Source: Candidatus Portnoybacteria bacterium (GTDB taxonomy: Bacteria; Patescibacteriota; Minisyncoccia; Portnoybacterales; GWB1-42-6). From it: a DNA stretch of 64,000 bases. The position numbers and the translations under genes are program-made. The stretch covers positions 302,620-366,619 of the forward strand of contig JAQTYI010000001.1 of assembly GCA_028688325.1 (NCBI GenBank), given 5' to 3'. The notes under the pieces are model-generated. The model ran no database searches. It worked only from the letters and a program-made list of their open reading frames with translations, and was not told the DNA's origin. Of this stretch, positions 45,559-54,485 are shown one piece after another. Numbering within the stretch: position 1 is the first letter of the stretch; the number at the start of each line of letters is the position of its first letter.

Positions 45559-47270
45559 TAAATCAAAGTATCTCAAAAATCTTCTACCAGATCTCCGAAT
45601 ACTATGCCATGGATGATGTGGCGTTCAAACCGCAGGCCTACGAGCGGGCCGCGCGGGTTATTGAAGGCGTGGAAGACGATCTGGCGGATATCTATGAAAA
45701 AGGCGGAGTAAAATCGTTGATGGCCATTGAAGGCGTTGGCCAAGGTCTGGCGGAGAAGATCGAAGAATTTATCAAAACGGGGAAGATAAAAGAATATGAA
45801 AAACTGAAAAAGGCCTGTCCGGTGGATTTGGAACATTTAACGCTTGTTCAGGGGCTGGGGCCAAAGTCCGTAAAGGTTTTGTATGAAAAATTACGCGTAA
45901 AAACTTTGCAAGACCTGGAAAAAGTGGCCAGGGCAGGCAAGATCGCCAAATTGCCGCGTTTTGGCAAAAAGACCCAGGATAATATTTTACGGGGTTTGGA
46001 ATATGTCAAAGGCGGCCAGGGGCGCGTTTTGCTGGGAGATATTTTGCCGCTGGCGAGAAAATTTGAGGCGCGCTTAGCGGGGATTAAAGGCGTTAGCGCG
46101 GCGGTTGCGGCCGGGTCCATCAGGCGGCGCAAAGAGACCGTGGGTGACATCGATGTTTTAGCCATCACAGATGATTCCGCCAAGGCCATGGATTATTTTT
46201 GCAATATCCCCGAAGTGGAAAAGATTCTGGCCAAAGGCGAGAACAAATCATCCGTCAGATTGCACAACGGCCTGAATGCCGATTTTTTGGTCGTGCCCGA
46301 AGAATCGTTCGGCGCGGCGCTGCAATATTTTACCGGCAATAAAGACCACAATATTGAGCTGCGCAAGATTGCGGAAAGCAAAAAGTATAAGCTGAATGAG
46401 TATGGACTATTTCACGGCAAAAAGTCCGTTGCCGGAAAGACTGAGAAAGAGATTTATGAAAAATTGGGCCTGGAATATATCGAGCCGGAGATGCGCGAAA
46501 ACACGGGCGAAATAGAGGCCGCGCGAGAAGGTAATCTACCAAATTTAGTGAAATACGAAGATGTAAAAGGCGATTTGCAGATGCATTCAACTTGGTCCGA
46601 CGGCTCTTTCTCTATTCTGGAAATGGCCGAAGCGGCTAAAAAATTGGGCCGCGAATATATTGCCATAACGGACCACGCCGGCTATCTGGCCATCGCCGGC
46701 GGAATGAAAGAAAAAAAGCTGTTAAAATATATGGCCGAGATTGAGAAGGCGGACAAAAAAATATCAGGCATAAAAATTCTGAAGGGCGCGGAAGTGGATA
46801 TAAATAAAGACGGGGGATTGGAAATAAAAGATGAGGTGCTGGCAAAGTTGGATATAGTGCTCGCTTCCATCCACGACAATTTCAAGATGGATAAAGAGGC
46901 AATGACAAAAAGGGTCTGCCGCGCGATGGCCAATCCCCATATGGATATCTGGGCGCATCCTTCCGGCCGGGTGCTGGGCCGGCGCGAGGGCTACGAAGTT
47001 GATTGGAATATTGTTTTCAAGCAGGCGGTAAAAACCGGCACGGCGATTGAAATCAACGCTTATCCGGAGCGGTTGGATTTGACCTGGCAGAATGTTAAGC
47101 GGGCTATTGCTATGGGCGTTAAACTTTCCATCGGCACAGATGCTCACGATGCCGGACACCTGGGATATTTGGAATTGGGCGCATCAGTGGCGCGCCGCGG
47201 CTGGTGTGAAAAAAAAGATATTATAAATTGCTTAAGTTGGGAGGACTTGCTTAATTTTTTGAACAAATAA
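45555..47270 (+). CDS. DNA polymerase X family protein with a C-terminal PHP domain
   Basis: Helix-hairpin-helix motifs (GVGQGLAEKI, GLGPKSVKVL). Nucleotidyltransferase GSIRRRKETVGDIDVL. PHP histidines (LQMHSTWSDG, ITDHAG). Confidence 0.9.
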   Translation: MINQSISKIFYQISEYYAMDDVAFKPQAYERAARVIEGVEDDLADIYEKGGVKSLMAIEGVGQGLAEKIEEFIKTGKIKEYEKLKKACPVDLEHLTLVQGLGPKSVKVLYEKLRVKTLQDLEKVARAGKIAKLPRFGKKTQDNILRGLEYVKGGQGRVLLGDILPLARKFEARLAGIKGVSAAVAAGSIRRRKETVGDIDVLAITDDSAKAMDYFCNIPEVEKILAKGENKSSVRLHNGLNADFLVVPEESFGAALQYFTGNKDHNIELRKIAESKKYKLNEYGLFHGKKSVAGKTEKEIYEKLGLEYIEPEMRENTGEIEAAREGNLPNLVKYEDVKGDLQMHSTWSDGSFSILEMAEAAKKLGREYIAITDHAGYLAIAGGMKEKKLLKYMAEIEKADKKISGIKILKGAEVDINKDGGLEIKDEVLAKLDIVLASIHDNFKMDKEAMTKRVCRAMANPHMDIWAHPSGRVLGRREGYEVDWNIVFKQAVKTGTAIEINAYPERLDLTWQNVKRAIAMGVKLSIGTDAHDAGHLGYLELGASVARRGWCEKKDIINCLSWEDLLNFLNK

Positions 47271-47752
47271 TGAAGAGATTTTTTATTTGGCGAAAGACGA
47301 CCGGAGCGGTGATTTTTTACCGTTCTGCCGGCGGGAAAATAGAATATTTGCTTTTGAGGCACAGGCGCTATTGGGGTTTCCCTAAGGGTGGGACGGAAAA
47401 AGAGGAAACGGAATTGGCCGCGGCCAGGCGCGAGATAAAAGAAGAGACAAATCTTAGTGATATAGTTTTTATTTCCGGCTTCAAGATCAAGAAAAAACTT
47501 TTATACCGGGGCACGCAGAATTCCCGCAAAGCGGAACAGCGCGGGCGGGTGGTTTTCACGGAAATGGTTTTTTTCCTGGCGCAAAGCAGGAGCAAGAACG
47601 CCAAGATCTCCAGCGAGCATCTGGGCTTTGCTTGGCTGGATTTTGAAACGGCTAAAAAACGGCTGACAGAATCGGGCAATAATCATAAGGTTCTGATCGA
47701 GGCCGATAAATTTTTACGCGCCTATCCGGTAAAAAATAAAAAACAAGGGTGA
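47270..47752 (+). CDS. NUDIX hydrolase
   Basis: Nudix box GFPKGGTEKEETELAAARREIKEETNL. Confidence 0.85.
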   Translation: MKRFFIWRKTTGAVIFYRSAGGKIEYLLLRHRRYWGFPKGGTEKEETELAAARREIKEETNLSDIVFISGFKIKKKLLYRGTQNSRKAEQRGRVVFTEMVFFLAQSRSKNAKISSEHLGFAWLDFETAKKRLTESGNNHKVLIEADKFLRAYPVKNKKQG

Positions 47753-47831
47753 TAGCGGCGAAAATAAAATTATTGAAAAAAGAGTGAGGGAAGATTGAAA
47801 ATGGGAGAGCGGCAAATCTTCAAACATAAAT

Positions 47832-47894
47832 TTGTCATCCCGCATTTGATGCGGGATCCAGGCCCCGGATTCCCGTTTTCACGGGAATGACAGG
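47832..47894. repeat. Family-1 repeat (short form)
   Basis: TTTGTCATCCCGCATTTGATGCGGGATCCAGGCCCCGGATTCCCGTTTTCACGGGAATGACAGG. Confidence 0.8.
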
Positions 47895-47904
47895 ACGCAT
47901 CTTT

Positions 47905-48294
47905 ATGAAAAAATTCTTTAATTATTGGCTGCCGGTAATTTTCTGGGCCGGCGTTATTTTTTATTTGTCCGGTGTTTCCGGGCTGGCTTCCAATATGACG
48001 GTTTTTTGGGATGTGTTCTGGCGCAAGCTTTTCCATGCCGGAGAATTCGGCTTGTTGAATCTGTTGCTTTGGCGCGTGCTTTATTATGGCGAGAATGTCA
48101 GTTTCAAAAAAGCGCTGCTCCGGTCTTTGCTTTTGACTGTACTTTACGCCGCTTCCGATGAATTTCACCAGTATTTCGTGCCCTTGCGCGAAGCGCGCTG
48201 GAAAGATGTGATGCAGGATTGCCTGGGGGCGCTGGCGGTGAGTTTTGTTTTATTGCTGTCTAAATATAAAAATATTTTGACACCTCATAAATAG
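47905..48294 (+). CDS. VanZ-family membrane protein
   Basis: Four transmembrane segments with YAASDEFHQYFVPLREARWKDV, a VanZ signature. The start was placed at the MKKFFNYW ATG. Confidence 0.65.
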   Translation: MKKFFNYWLPVIFWAGVIFYLSGVSGLASNMTVFWDVFWRKLFHAGEFGLLNLLLWRVLYYGENVSFKKALLRSLLLTVLYAASDEFHQYFVPLREARWKDVMQDCLGALAVSFVLLLSKYKNILTPHK

Positions 48295-48298
48295 TGGT

Positions 48299-48490
48299 TG
48301 TCATCCCGCACTTGCCTTGCCCTTCTATAGCTTTTAGCGAAGGAGGGATCGGGATCCAGGTCCTAAACTAAATCCCTCCCAACCTCCCTTTACGGAAAGG
48401 GAGGGGTAAGATTAAATCCACCTCACCCCTCCTTTTATAAAGGAGGGAGTTCCTCCCTTTGAAAAAGGGAGGTTAGGAGGGAGTTTAAAT
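48299..48490. repeat. Composite family-1 plus family-2 repeat block
   Basis: TTGTCATCCCGCACTTG...GGGATCCAGG followed by three family-2 hairpins (CCTCCCTTTACGGAAAGGGAGG and others). Confidence 0.8.
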
Positions 48491-48493
48491 AAT

Positions 48494-48525
48494 AAAAAAA
48501 ACCGCGTATGAAGCGGTTTTTTTAA
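48494..48525. terminator. Terminator of the infC-rpmI-rplT operon (bidirectional hairpin)
   Basis: AAAAAAAACCGCGTATGAAGCGGTTTTTTT. Confidence 0.75.
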
Positions 48526-48531
48526 GTTCAA

Positions 48532-48879
48532 TTATTTTCTCGCCATCTCCACTATTTCCTTGAAGGCCTGCGGTTGCATTTGGGCCAGCTGCGACAGGAC
48601 CTTTCGGTCGAGCCCCACCTTCTTTTTGGTCAGTCCTTCGATGAACCGGCTGTAGGTCATGCCCAGTTCGCGCGTGGCCGCGTTTATCTGCAAGTTCCAC
48701 AAGCGGCGGGCGTTGCGTTTCTTTTTGCGCCGGTCCACATAAGCGTGAACCAAAGCGTGCTTGACCGCGTCTTTGGCTGTGCGGTAACGTTTGGAGCGGC
48801 CCCACATATATCCTTTGGCCAGCTTGAATATCTTCCTTCTTTTTTTCTTGGCGCCGACGGCGCGTTTTACTCTTGCCAT
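48532..48879 (-). CDS. rplT: 50S ribosomal protein L20
   Basis: MARVKRAVGAKKKRRKIFKLAKGY..., a canonical L20. Confidence 0.95.
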   Translation of the reverse strand: MARVKRAVGAKKKRRKIFKLAKGYMWGRSKRYRTAKDAVKHALVHAYVDRRKKKRNARRLWNLQINAATRELGMTYSRFIEGLTKKKVGLDRKVLSQLAQMQPQAFKEIVEMARK

Positions 48880-48892
48880 ATTTTTAGTTTAT

Positions 48893-48960
48893 CAATTTCG
48901 AATCTCAATTTTCAATCATTGGTCATTGGAAATTGGTAATTGGAAATTTGGGTTAAGTAT
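48893..48960. repeat. Family-4 repeat in the rpmI-rplT spacer
   Basis: ATCATTGGTCATTGGAAATTGGTAATTGGAAATTTGG. Confidence 0.6.
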
Positions 48961-48961
48961 A

Positions 48962-49153
48962 TTATCTTTCCAGTATCCTTTTGAAAACATCGGTCTGGCC
49001 TTTAGCCATGCTGCGCAGGCCTCGTTTTTGGCGCGACTGATCGCCCGTCTGTTTGGCGTTAAAATGGTTTTGGCGGCTCGGCCGGAAAAGCACTTTGCCC
49101 TTCTTGGTCAGCTTCAATCTTTTGGTCGCCATTTTTATTGTCTTGGTGCTCAT
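48962..49153 (-). CDS. rpmI: 50S ribosomal protein L35
   Basis: MATKRLKLTKKGKVLFR...., an L35 signature. Lies between infC and rplT. Confidence 0.85.
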   Translation of the reverse strand: MSTKTIKMATKRLKLTKKGKVLFRPSRQNHFNAKQTGDQSRQKRGLRSMAKGQTDVFKRILER

Positions 49154-49262
49154 AAATTTATTTTCCTTTGTCCCGTTAGAAATTACTGGATACGCCTTCT
49201 GGCTTTTAATAAATTATTTTAGCTATATAGTATATTTTTGCAATAAGTTTACGGGATAATTT

Positions 49263-49799
49263 TTAACGGGATTTGCTGATTAACATATAAAATCCTCTGG
49301 GTTCTTTGGTGATGGGCTGGTCGATGATCGTCGGAATCTGGATATAATTTTTAAAATCTTCCAATTTTTCTTTGGCGAGGTGGCCGAAGGCCTTTTCTCG
49401 TCCCCGCAAAACTATGGAGATTCTGGCGCGGTCGCCCTTTTCCAAGAATTTCTGCGTTTGGGCCGCTTTCATTTCCAGGTCGTGTTTGGCGATATTGAAG
49501 CTCAGCCGGATATTTTTAATTTCAACCTTATGGGTCTTGGTCATCTCCTTGGCTTTCTTTTCTTTCTGGTACAGGAATTTGCCGTAGTCGATTATCTTGC
49601 AGACCGGCGGAACGGCTTTGTCCGTTATCTCCACCAGGTCCAGCCCCCGATCATACGCCAGGGCCAGCGCGTCGGCGGTTTTCATCACGCCAAGCTGCAC
49701 TCCTTTTTCATCAACCACGCGAACTTCCGCCGCACGGATGAAACCGTTGATGCGATTCTGTGGCTGCCTCGGCTGGTTAAAAAATGGTTTTCTTATCAA
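49263..49799 (-). CDS. infC: Translation initiation factor IF-3
   Basis: INGFIRAAEVRVVDEKG...VCKIIDYGKF..., IF3 N and C domains. Confidence 0.9.
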   Translation of the reverse strand: MIRKPFFNQPRQPQNRINGFIRAAEVRVVDEKGVQLGVMKTADALALAYDRGLDLVEITDKAVPPVCKIIDYGKFLYQKEKKAKEMTKTHKVEIKNIRLSFNIAKHDLEMKAAQTQKFLEKGDRARISIVLRGREKAFGHLAKEKLEDFKNYIQIPTIIDQPITKEPRGFYMLISKSR

Positions 49800-50065
49800 G
49801 GTTTGGGGTTAGTGATTAAATGATTTGCCAGTTGTTTTTTCAAAAATTTTCTGCCCGATCCGCTTTTGAGGAATTTTTCTCTGCCCAGTGCATCAAATTT
49901 ATTCAAATATAATTCCGCGTATATCAATTCCCAGTTATCCTTCTTGCTCGTATACGGGGATTTTTTATATTTATGTTCTTGCAGTCGTTGCTTTAGATTC
50001 GAAGTAAAACCAATATACCAGCTTTTATCATTTTGGTTTTCAAGAATATATACAACGTAATGCAT
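49796..50065 (-). CDS. Small GIY-YIG nuclease family protein (second copy) lodged between the tmRNA 3' end and infC
   Basis: MHYVVYILENQNDKSWYIGFTSNLKQRLQEHKYKK... Start-stop overlap ATGA with infC. Confidence 0.7.
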   Translation of the reverse strand: MHYVVYILENQNDKSWYIGFTSNLKQRLQEHKYKKSPYTSKKDNWELIYAELYLNKFDALGREKFLKSGSGRKFLKKQLANHLITNPKP

Positions 50066-50222
50066 ATTTGACGAAGTTTTACGGGCCGTGGCCCGTGGCG
50101 GGCTTTACGGGCTGCGCCGCGTGATCATGAGCGAAATTAATGATGTTGCCCCGTAAAATAATTTGCTGACGCAAATTACCACGGGGCGCGTTAAATCCTT
50201 CGCTTCGCTCATGATTTTACGC

Positions 50223-50610
50223 GGTGGAGACGGGGAGATTGAACTCCCGTCCAAAAAATATTCTTAAAATACATCTACAAACTTAGCCTGATTTATTTGA
50301 TGGGATCTGAAGCTGTGAATCAGGCAAAAACGTTTCAGACCCTATCCGGTAATTTTTCAATCGCATCCCCCGGAAAGGATACTATCTATTCCGAAAAGAT
50401 TACACCCGGGCTCTGCCTATCGGAAGTCGTCAGGCCGGATGGGTTTTGGGCTATTTTATTAGGCCAGAACCGGAGCATAAGAAGGCGCGAACGCATTCTT
50501 GATGCCTGTCATAAAGTTGACATTTGTTTGTTTGCTGAAAGTTTATCGAGATTTTAGCACACTCGGTTTGCGTATTTTTAAGGACATTTGATGTCGAAAC
50601 TTGCGCCCCC
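50223..50610 (-). ncRNA. ssrA: tmRNA (ssrA), standard one-piece form
   Basis: Minus-strand 5' end GGGGGCGCAAGTTTCGACA, a tRNA-like 5' domain. 3' end GGACGGGAGTTCAATCTCCCCGTCTCCACC, a T-arm plus acceptor that pairs with the 5' end. Internal tag reading frame ...NAFAPSYAPVLA followed by TAATAA. Adjacent to smpB. Confidence 0.65.
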
Positions 50611-50735
50611 CTTCGTTCCGCTTCTTGCCTCGACTCGCCGTCAAGGTGAGGCGGGCGCTCGCTCGGGGTAAACCCCAAGAAGCAAGAAATGAAGCAAAGG
50701 CGAACGCAACTTAATTCAAATTGTAAAAAATAGCA

Positions 50736-50814
50736 TTGTCATCCTGAACCGCCAGTGGGCGGTGAAGGATCTATAGATTCTTCAGTCGCTATGCTCCCTC
50801 AGAATGACAGAAGG
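50736..50814. repeat. Family-1 repeat
   Basis: TTGTCATCCTGAACCGCCAGTGGGCGGTGAAGGATC ... CAGAATGACAGAAGG. Confidence 0.75.
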
Positions 50815-50822
50815 AGCAGATA

Positions 50823-51275
50823 TTATTCAATTTTTCCTCTCACCGCCCGCCGGATGCGCCGGTCCGATTCGCGCTTGCCGATGATATCCCGTTTGTCGAT
50901 GGTCCTTTTGCCGCGGCCCAGGGCGAACTCCAACTTGATTTTACCCGATTTATTATAAACCCGAATAGGCACCAAAGTCAACCCGGTCTGCTTCGTTGAG
51001 CCGATAAGCGAGCGGATCTCGTTCTTATGGAGCAGAAGCTTGCGCGAGCGGGTGGGGCTGTAGTCGGCCGGGACATTGCCCGCTTGGTAGGGGGCGATAG
51101 TGGCGTTTAACAGCCACGCTTCTTCGCCCTTGATGACCACAAAAACCCCTTGGAGCGAAATATGGCCCCCGCGCACGGATTTGACTTCTTGGCCGCTCAA
51201 AACCAGCCCTGCTTCGTAGGTTTCCAAAAAAGCGTAGTCATAGCTGGCTTGCCGGTTGAAAGCGTAGTCGGACAT
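50823..51275 (-). CDS. smpB: SsrA-binding protein SmpB
   Basis: ...IAPYQ...RKLLLHKNEI...TLVPIRVY...KIKLEFALGRGKR..DKR..., an SmpB signature. The ATG abuts the MITE repeat. Confidence 0.9.
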   Translation of the reverse strand: MSDYAFNRQASYDYAFLETYEAGLVLSGQEVKSVRGGHISLQGVFVVIKGEEAWLLNATIAPYQAGNVPADYSPTRSRKLLLHKNEIRSLIGSTKQTGLTLVPIRVYNKSGKIKLEFALGRGKRTIDKRDIIGKRESDRRIRRAVRGKIE

Positions 51276-51408
51276 ACCGGGTAGTGAAAATTTGATATAT
51301 TAATTATTGTTCTATGCACTTGCCAAGTAGTATAAATTTCGGAGGGTATTGAACTATAGTATGCGCTGATATAAGGGATACCCAATCGAATTTCTACTAC
51401 CCGGCATA
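51273..51408. mobile_element. MITE copy g
   Basis: CATACCGGGTAGTGAAAATTTGATAT ... ATCGAATTTCTACTACCCGGCAT. Confidence 0.8.
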
Positions 51409-51416
51409 TTAAGTTT

Positions 51417-51545
51417 ACCCCGTAGTAGAACTTCGATTCGTGTGATTTAATAAGATTTATTAACTTATTTACCTGCCATAATTTGTTTGGCTACTCTTAT
51501 TCTAACCGAAAAACATAAAATATCGAAGTTTCACTACGGGGTTTT
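51417..51545. mobile_element. MITE copy h (divergent subfamily, CCCCG instead of CCGGG termini)
   Basis: ACCCCGTAGTAGAACTTCGAT ... ATCGAAGTTTCACTACGGGGT. Both arms carry the same divergent terminus, so the two ends stay complementary. Confidence 0.7.
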
Positions 51546-51607
51546 ACTTTATCACGATTATTGGCTAAACTAAAGGCAGAGAAAGCGTTTTTAAATCTAT
51601 ATTTTTT

Positions 51608-51812
51608 TTGTCATTCCCGCCTGCTTCGCCAAAGCTCCAGCGAGGCGAGCAAAAGCGGGATCCAGGCCCTATTTGAATTGTCATCCCGCACTTGATGCGG
51701 GATCCAGGTCTTTAAAGTTGTCATCCTGAGCGAAGCGAAGGATCTCTGGCGAATGCCAGATTAGTTGCCCGCATACGCGGGAGATTCCTCGTTGCACTCG
51801 GAATGACAAAGA
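51608..51812. repeat. Three tandem family-1 repeat units upstream of argS
   Basis: TTGTCATTCCCGCC...GGGATCCAGG / TTGTCATCCCGCACTTGATGCGGGATCCAGG / TTGTCATCCTGAGCGAAGCGAAGGATC...GGAATGACAAAG. Confidence 0.8.
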
Positions 51813-51819
51813 ATGATTT

Positions 51820-53442
51820 ATGATCCGTTCCCAAATCCAAAAACTCCTCAACCTTCCCGACGCCGCGATCGACCGGCCGGAAAATCCCGGCTTTGGCGAC
51901 TATTCCACCAACGCGGTTTTGAAATTGGCAAAAAAAGAAGGCAAAAATCCGATGATTTTAGCGCAAGCGTTGGTTCAAAAAATATTGGTGTCTGACACCC
52001 ATATATTTTCCAAAATTGAAGTTGCTTCGCCCGGGTTCATCAATTTCACGCTGTCCAACGAATTTTTCCGCCAACAGGTGGCGGAAATTTTAAAAGCCAA
52101 AGAAAATTACGGCGCAATAAATATCGGCGAAAATAAAAAAGTGCAGGTGGAATTCATTTCCGCCAACCCCACGGGCCCGTTAACGCTGGGCAACGGCCGG
52201 GGCGGATTTTTCGGCGATGTGCTGGCCAATGTGCTGGCGCGCGCCGGTTTTGATGTTAAACGGGAATATTTTGTCAACGACGCGGGTTATCAGGTGGAAG
52301 TGCTGGGTCATTCCGTGCTCAAAGATGAGCAGGCGCAATACAAAGGCGAGTATATCGATAAATTGAACAAAAAATTCATTTGCTGGCTCTGTTCCAAAGA
52401 TCCAAAAAAAGTCGGCCAAAAAGCCGCCAAATATATTTTGGCAAAAATGCTCCAGCCCACCATCAAAGACAGGATGAAAATAAAATTCGATGAATGGGTT
52501 TCGGAAAACTCGTTGCGGCTGTCGGGTGAAACGGATGAAGTTTTGCAAATGCTCAAAGCCAAGAACTTAACCTACGAACAAGACGGCGCCGTGTGGTTTA
52601 AGTCCACCCAATTTGGCGACGATAAAGATCGCGTGCTGATAACTTCCGCCAAAGACGGCAAAAGCGCCGCCGCCACCTACCTTTTGCCGGACGCCGCTTA
52701 TCATTACAAAAAATTCGTCAAAGATAAATTCGATAAAGTCATCAATGTTTGGGGCGCGGATCACCACGGCTATATTTTGCGTTTGCAGGCCGTCAAAAAA
52801 GCCCTGGATATGCCGGGGGAGCTGGAAGTCGTTATCATGCAGCTGGTGCGGCTGATGGTCAAAGGCCAGGAAGTTAAAATGTCCAAGCGCTTGGGGACAT
52901 ATATAACCCTGGATGAATTGCTGGAAGAAATTCCGCTGGATGTGGCGCGATTTTTCTTTTTGATGCGCGCGCCCAACACCCATATGGACTTTGACCTGGA
53001 CCTGGCCAAGGAACAGTCGCAAAAAAATCCGGTCTATTATGTCCAATACGCCTACGCGCGGATCTGCAGTATTCTACGAAAAGCATCGGAAAGTGGTTTC
53101 CCTCCTTCAGGAGGGGTTAGGGGAGATGTTGTATCCGACTATAAGCTACAAGCTAACAGCTATCAGCTACTCTCCCATCCATCAGAATTGGCATTAATCA
53201 AACAACTCATCCGCCTGCCAGAAATCATCGCCGACACCGCCACCGACTATGGTGTCCATCGCCTGCCCCAATACTCCATGGATCTTGTTCGCAGTTTTCA
53301 TAAATTCTACGAGGACTGTAAGGTTATAGATGAGACAAATAAAGATTTAACTGTTGCCCGCTTAGCATTATGCGAGGCGACCAGAATAACCCTCAAGAAT
53401 ACTTTAGACTTGATGGGAATAAGCGCGCCAGAAAAGATGTAA
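51820..53442 (+). CDS. argS: Arginine--tRNA ligase with an in-frame family-2 repeat insertion
   Basis: N-terminal Add-1 domain. HIGH region (SANPTGPLTLGNGRG). KMSKS-like MSKRLG. Anticodon-binding DALR domain. Insert translated as SGFPPSGGVRGDVVSDYKLQANSYQLL. Confidence 0.9.
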   Translation: MIRSQIQKLLNLPDAAIDRPENPGFGDYSTNAVLKLAKKEGKNPMILAQALVQKILVSDTHIFSKIEVASPGFINFTLSNEFFRQQVAEILKAKENYGAINIGENKKVQVEFISANPTGPLTLGNGRGGFFGDVLANVLARAGFDVKREYFVNDAGYQVEVLGHSVLKDEQAQYKGEYIDKLNKKFICWLCSKDPKKVGQKAAKYILAKMLQPTIKDRMKIKFDEWVSENSLRLSGETDEVLQMLKAKNLTYEQDGAVWFKSTQFGDDKDRVLITSAKDGKSAAATYLLPDAAYHYKKFVKDKFDKVINVWGADHHGYILRLQAVKKALDMPGELEVVIMQLVRLMVKGQEVKMSKRLGTYITLDELLEEIPLDVARFFFLMRAPNTHMDFDLDLAKEQSQKNPVYYVQYAYARICSILRKASESGFPPSGGVRGDVVSDYKLQANSYQLLSHPSELALIKQLIRLPEIIADTATDYGVHRLPQYSMDLVRSFHKFYEDCKVIDETNKDLTVARLALCEATRITLKNTLDLMGISAPEKM

Positions 53443-54485
53443 TGGGTGATTATACAATACAATTTTTATTGAATATTATGTCAAAAATCAAAGAATTGTT
53501 AGCGGGTAAAAATGATCAAATCGACTACGAAAAAATAGTTAATGAATACCCCTGGATAATAAAGAAAGGGCAGAATTGTATTTTAAGCCCGGATAGCGAT
53601 GGTTTGTTATGCGGATTATTTATGTCGTCATATTTGGGATGGAAGATAAAAGGGTTTTACGACGGTAAGGTTATGCTGTTAGATAAAAAAACCTCTGTTA
53701 AAGATTGTATTTTTTTAGATATGGAAATTTTTAGAGAAGAGATAAAGAGTGTTGGGCATCATATGGTGCAATTTAATAAAAAGAAAAAGCCCAGCAATTG
53801 GGATAATTTTAAAAATTGTATTCAGGCGAATAATTTAAGAAACTACGATGGCTATAATGATTTTCGTCTAAAATATCCCTTGGCCACAATTCATTTATTA
53901 ATGGGAATAGTTGGTTCAAAAATAAAATTGACGATTCCAAAAACTGCAATTTGTCCACTGCTTTATGTCGATGGCGTGTTTAAAAATTTATTTAGCTATC
54001 CTGAGAACTGCATTGATTGGTTAAGATATCTGAAAGCAGATTTGAGCGCCAACAAATTGAACGATATATTTTTTAACGAACATTATTCTGTTTATGATTT
54101 AATGCTTGCCTTGAAGGATTTTTTCACAAGGATTGACGAAATAAGCGACGGTCGAGGGAGAAATGATAAAATAAAAATTTCTGATTCAAAAGGAAACCCA
54201 ATCAATATTATTAAAAAAGATGATGTTTATGAAATTGATAAAGAAGAAAGTAAAAAGGCGATCATCTTTTTAGAAATTTTGTCGAAGTTAACTAAGTGGG
54301 GATATGATAAAAATGATTGGCAATGGAATAATTTAAAACTTTATCGTTTCAATAAAAGCAGTATTCAGCCAAGTAATAGAAATTTTGAAGAAATGATAAA
54401 AAACAATCCGCTGTCTTGGGCTATGACCAGCGGATTGGCGATAGAATATACCTTAGAAGATAAGAAAAATGCTCTATTAAAATAA
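53442..54485 (+). CDS. Hypothetical low-GC protein (347 aa) with a DHH-like acidic motif series. Possible nuclease partner of the adjacent methyltransferase
   Basis: ATG overlaps the argS stop (TAATG). ILSPDSDGLL...IFLDMEIF...VGHHMV resembles DHH motifs I to III, but spacing is atypical and the third motif has Gly in place of the usual Asp. Clearly lower GC than the flanking genes. Confidence 0.4.
   Translation: MGDYTIQFLLNIMSKIKELLAGKNDQIDYEKIVNEYPWIIKKGQNCILSPDSDGLLCGLFMSSYLGWKIKGFYDGKVMLLDKKTSVKDCIFLDMEIFREEIKSVGHHMVQFNKKKKPSNWDNFKNCIQANNLRNYDGYNDFRLKYPLATIHLLMGIVGSKIKLTIPKTAICPLLYVDGVFKNLFSYPENCIDWLRYLKADLSANKLNDIFFNEHYSVYDLMLALKDFFTRIDEISDGRGRNDKIKISDSKGNPINIIKKDDVYEIDKEESKKAIIFLEILSKLTKWGYDKNDWQWNNLKLYRFNKSSIQPSNRNFEEMIKNNPLSWAMTSGLAIEYTLEDKKNALLK

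Noticed and set aside
15253-53175. CRISPR array interpretation of the many short GC-rich repeats
   Set aside because: The repeats are dispersed and not regularly spaced with unique spacers. They occur in both orientations and inside genes. No cas genes are present.
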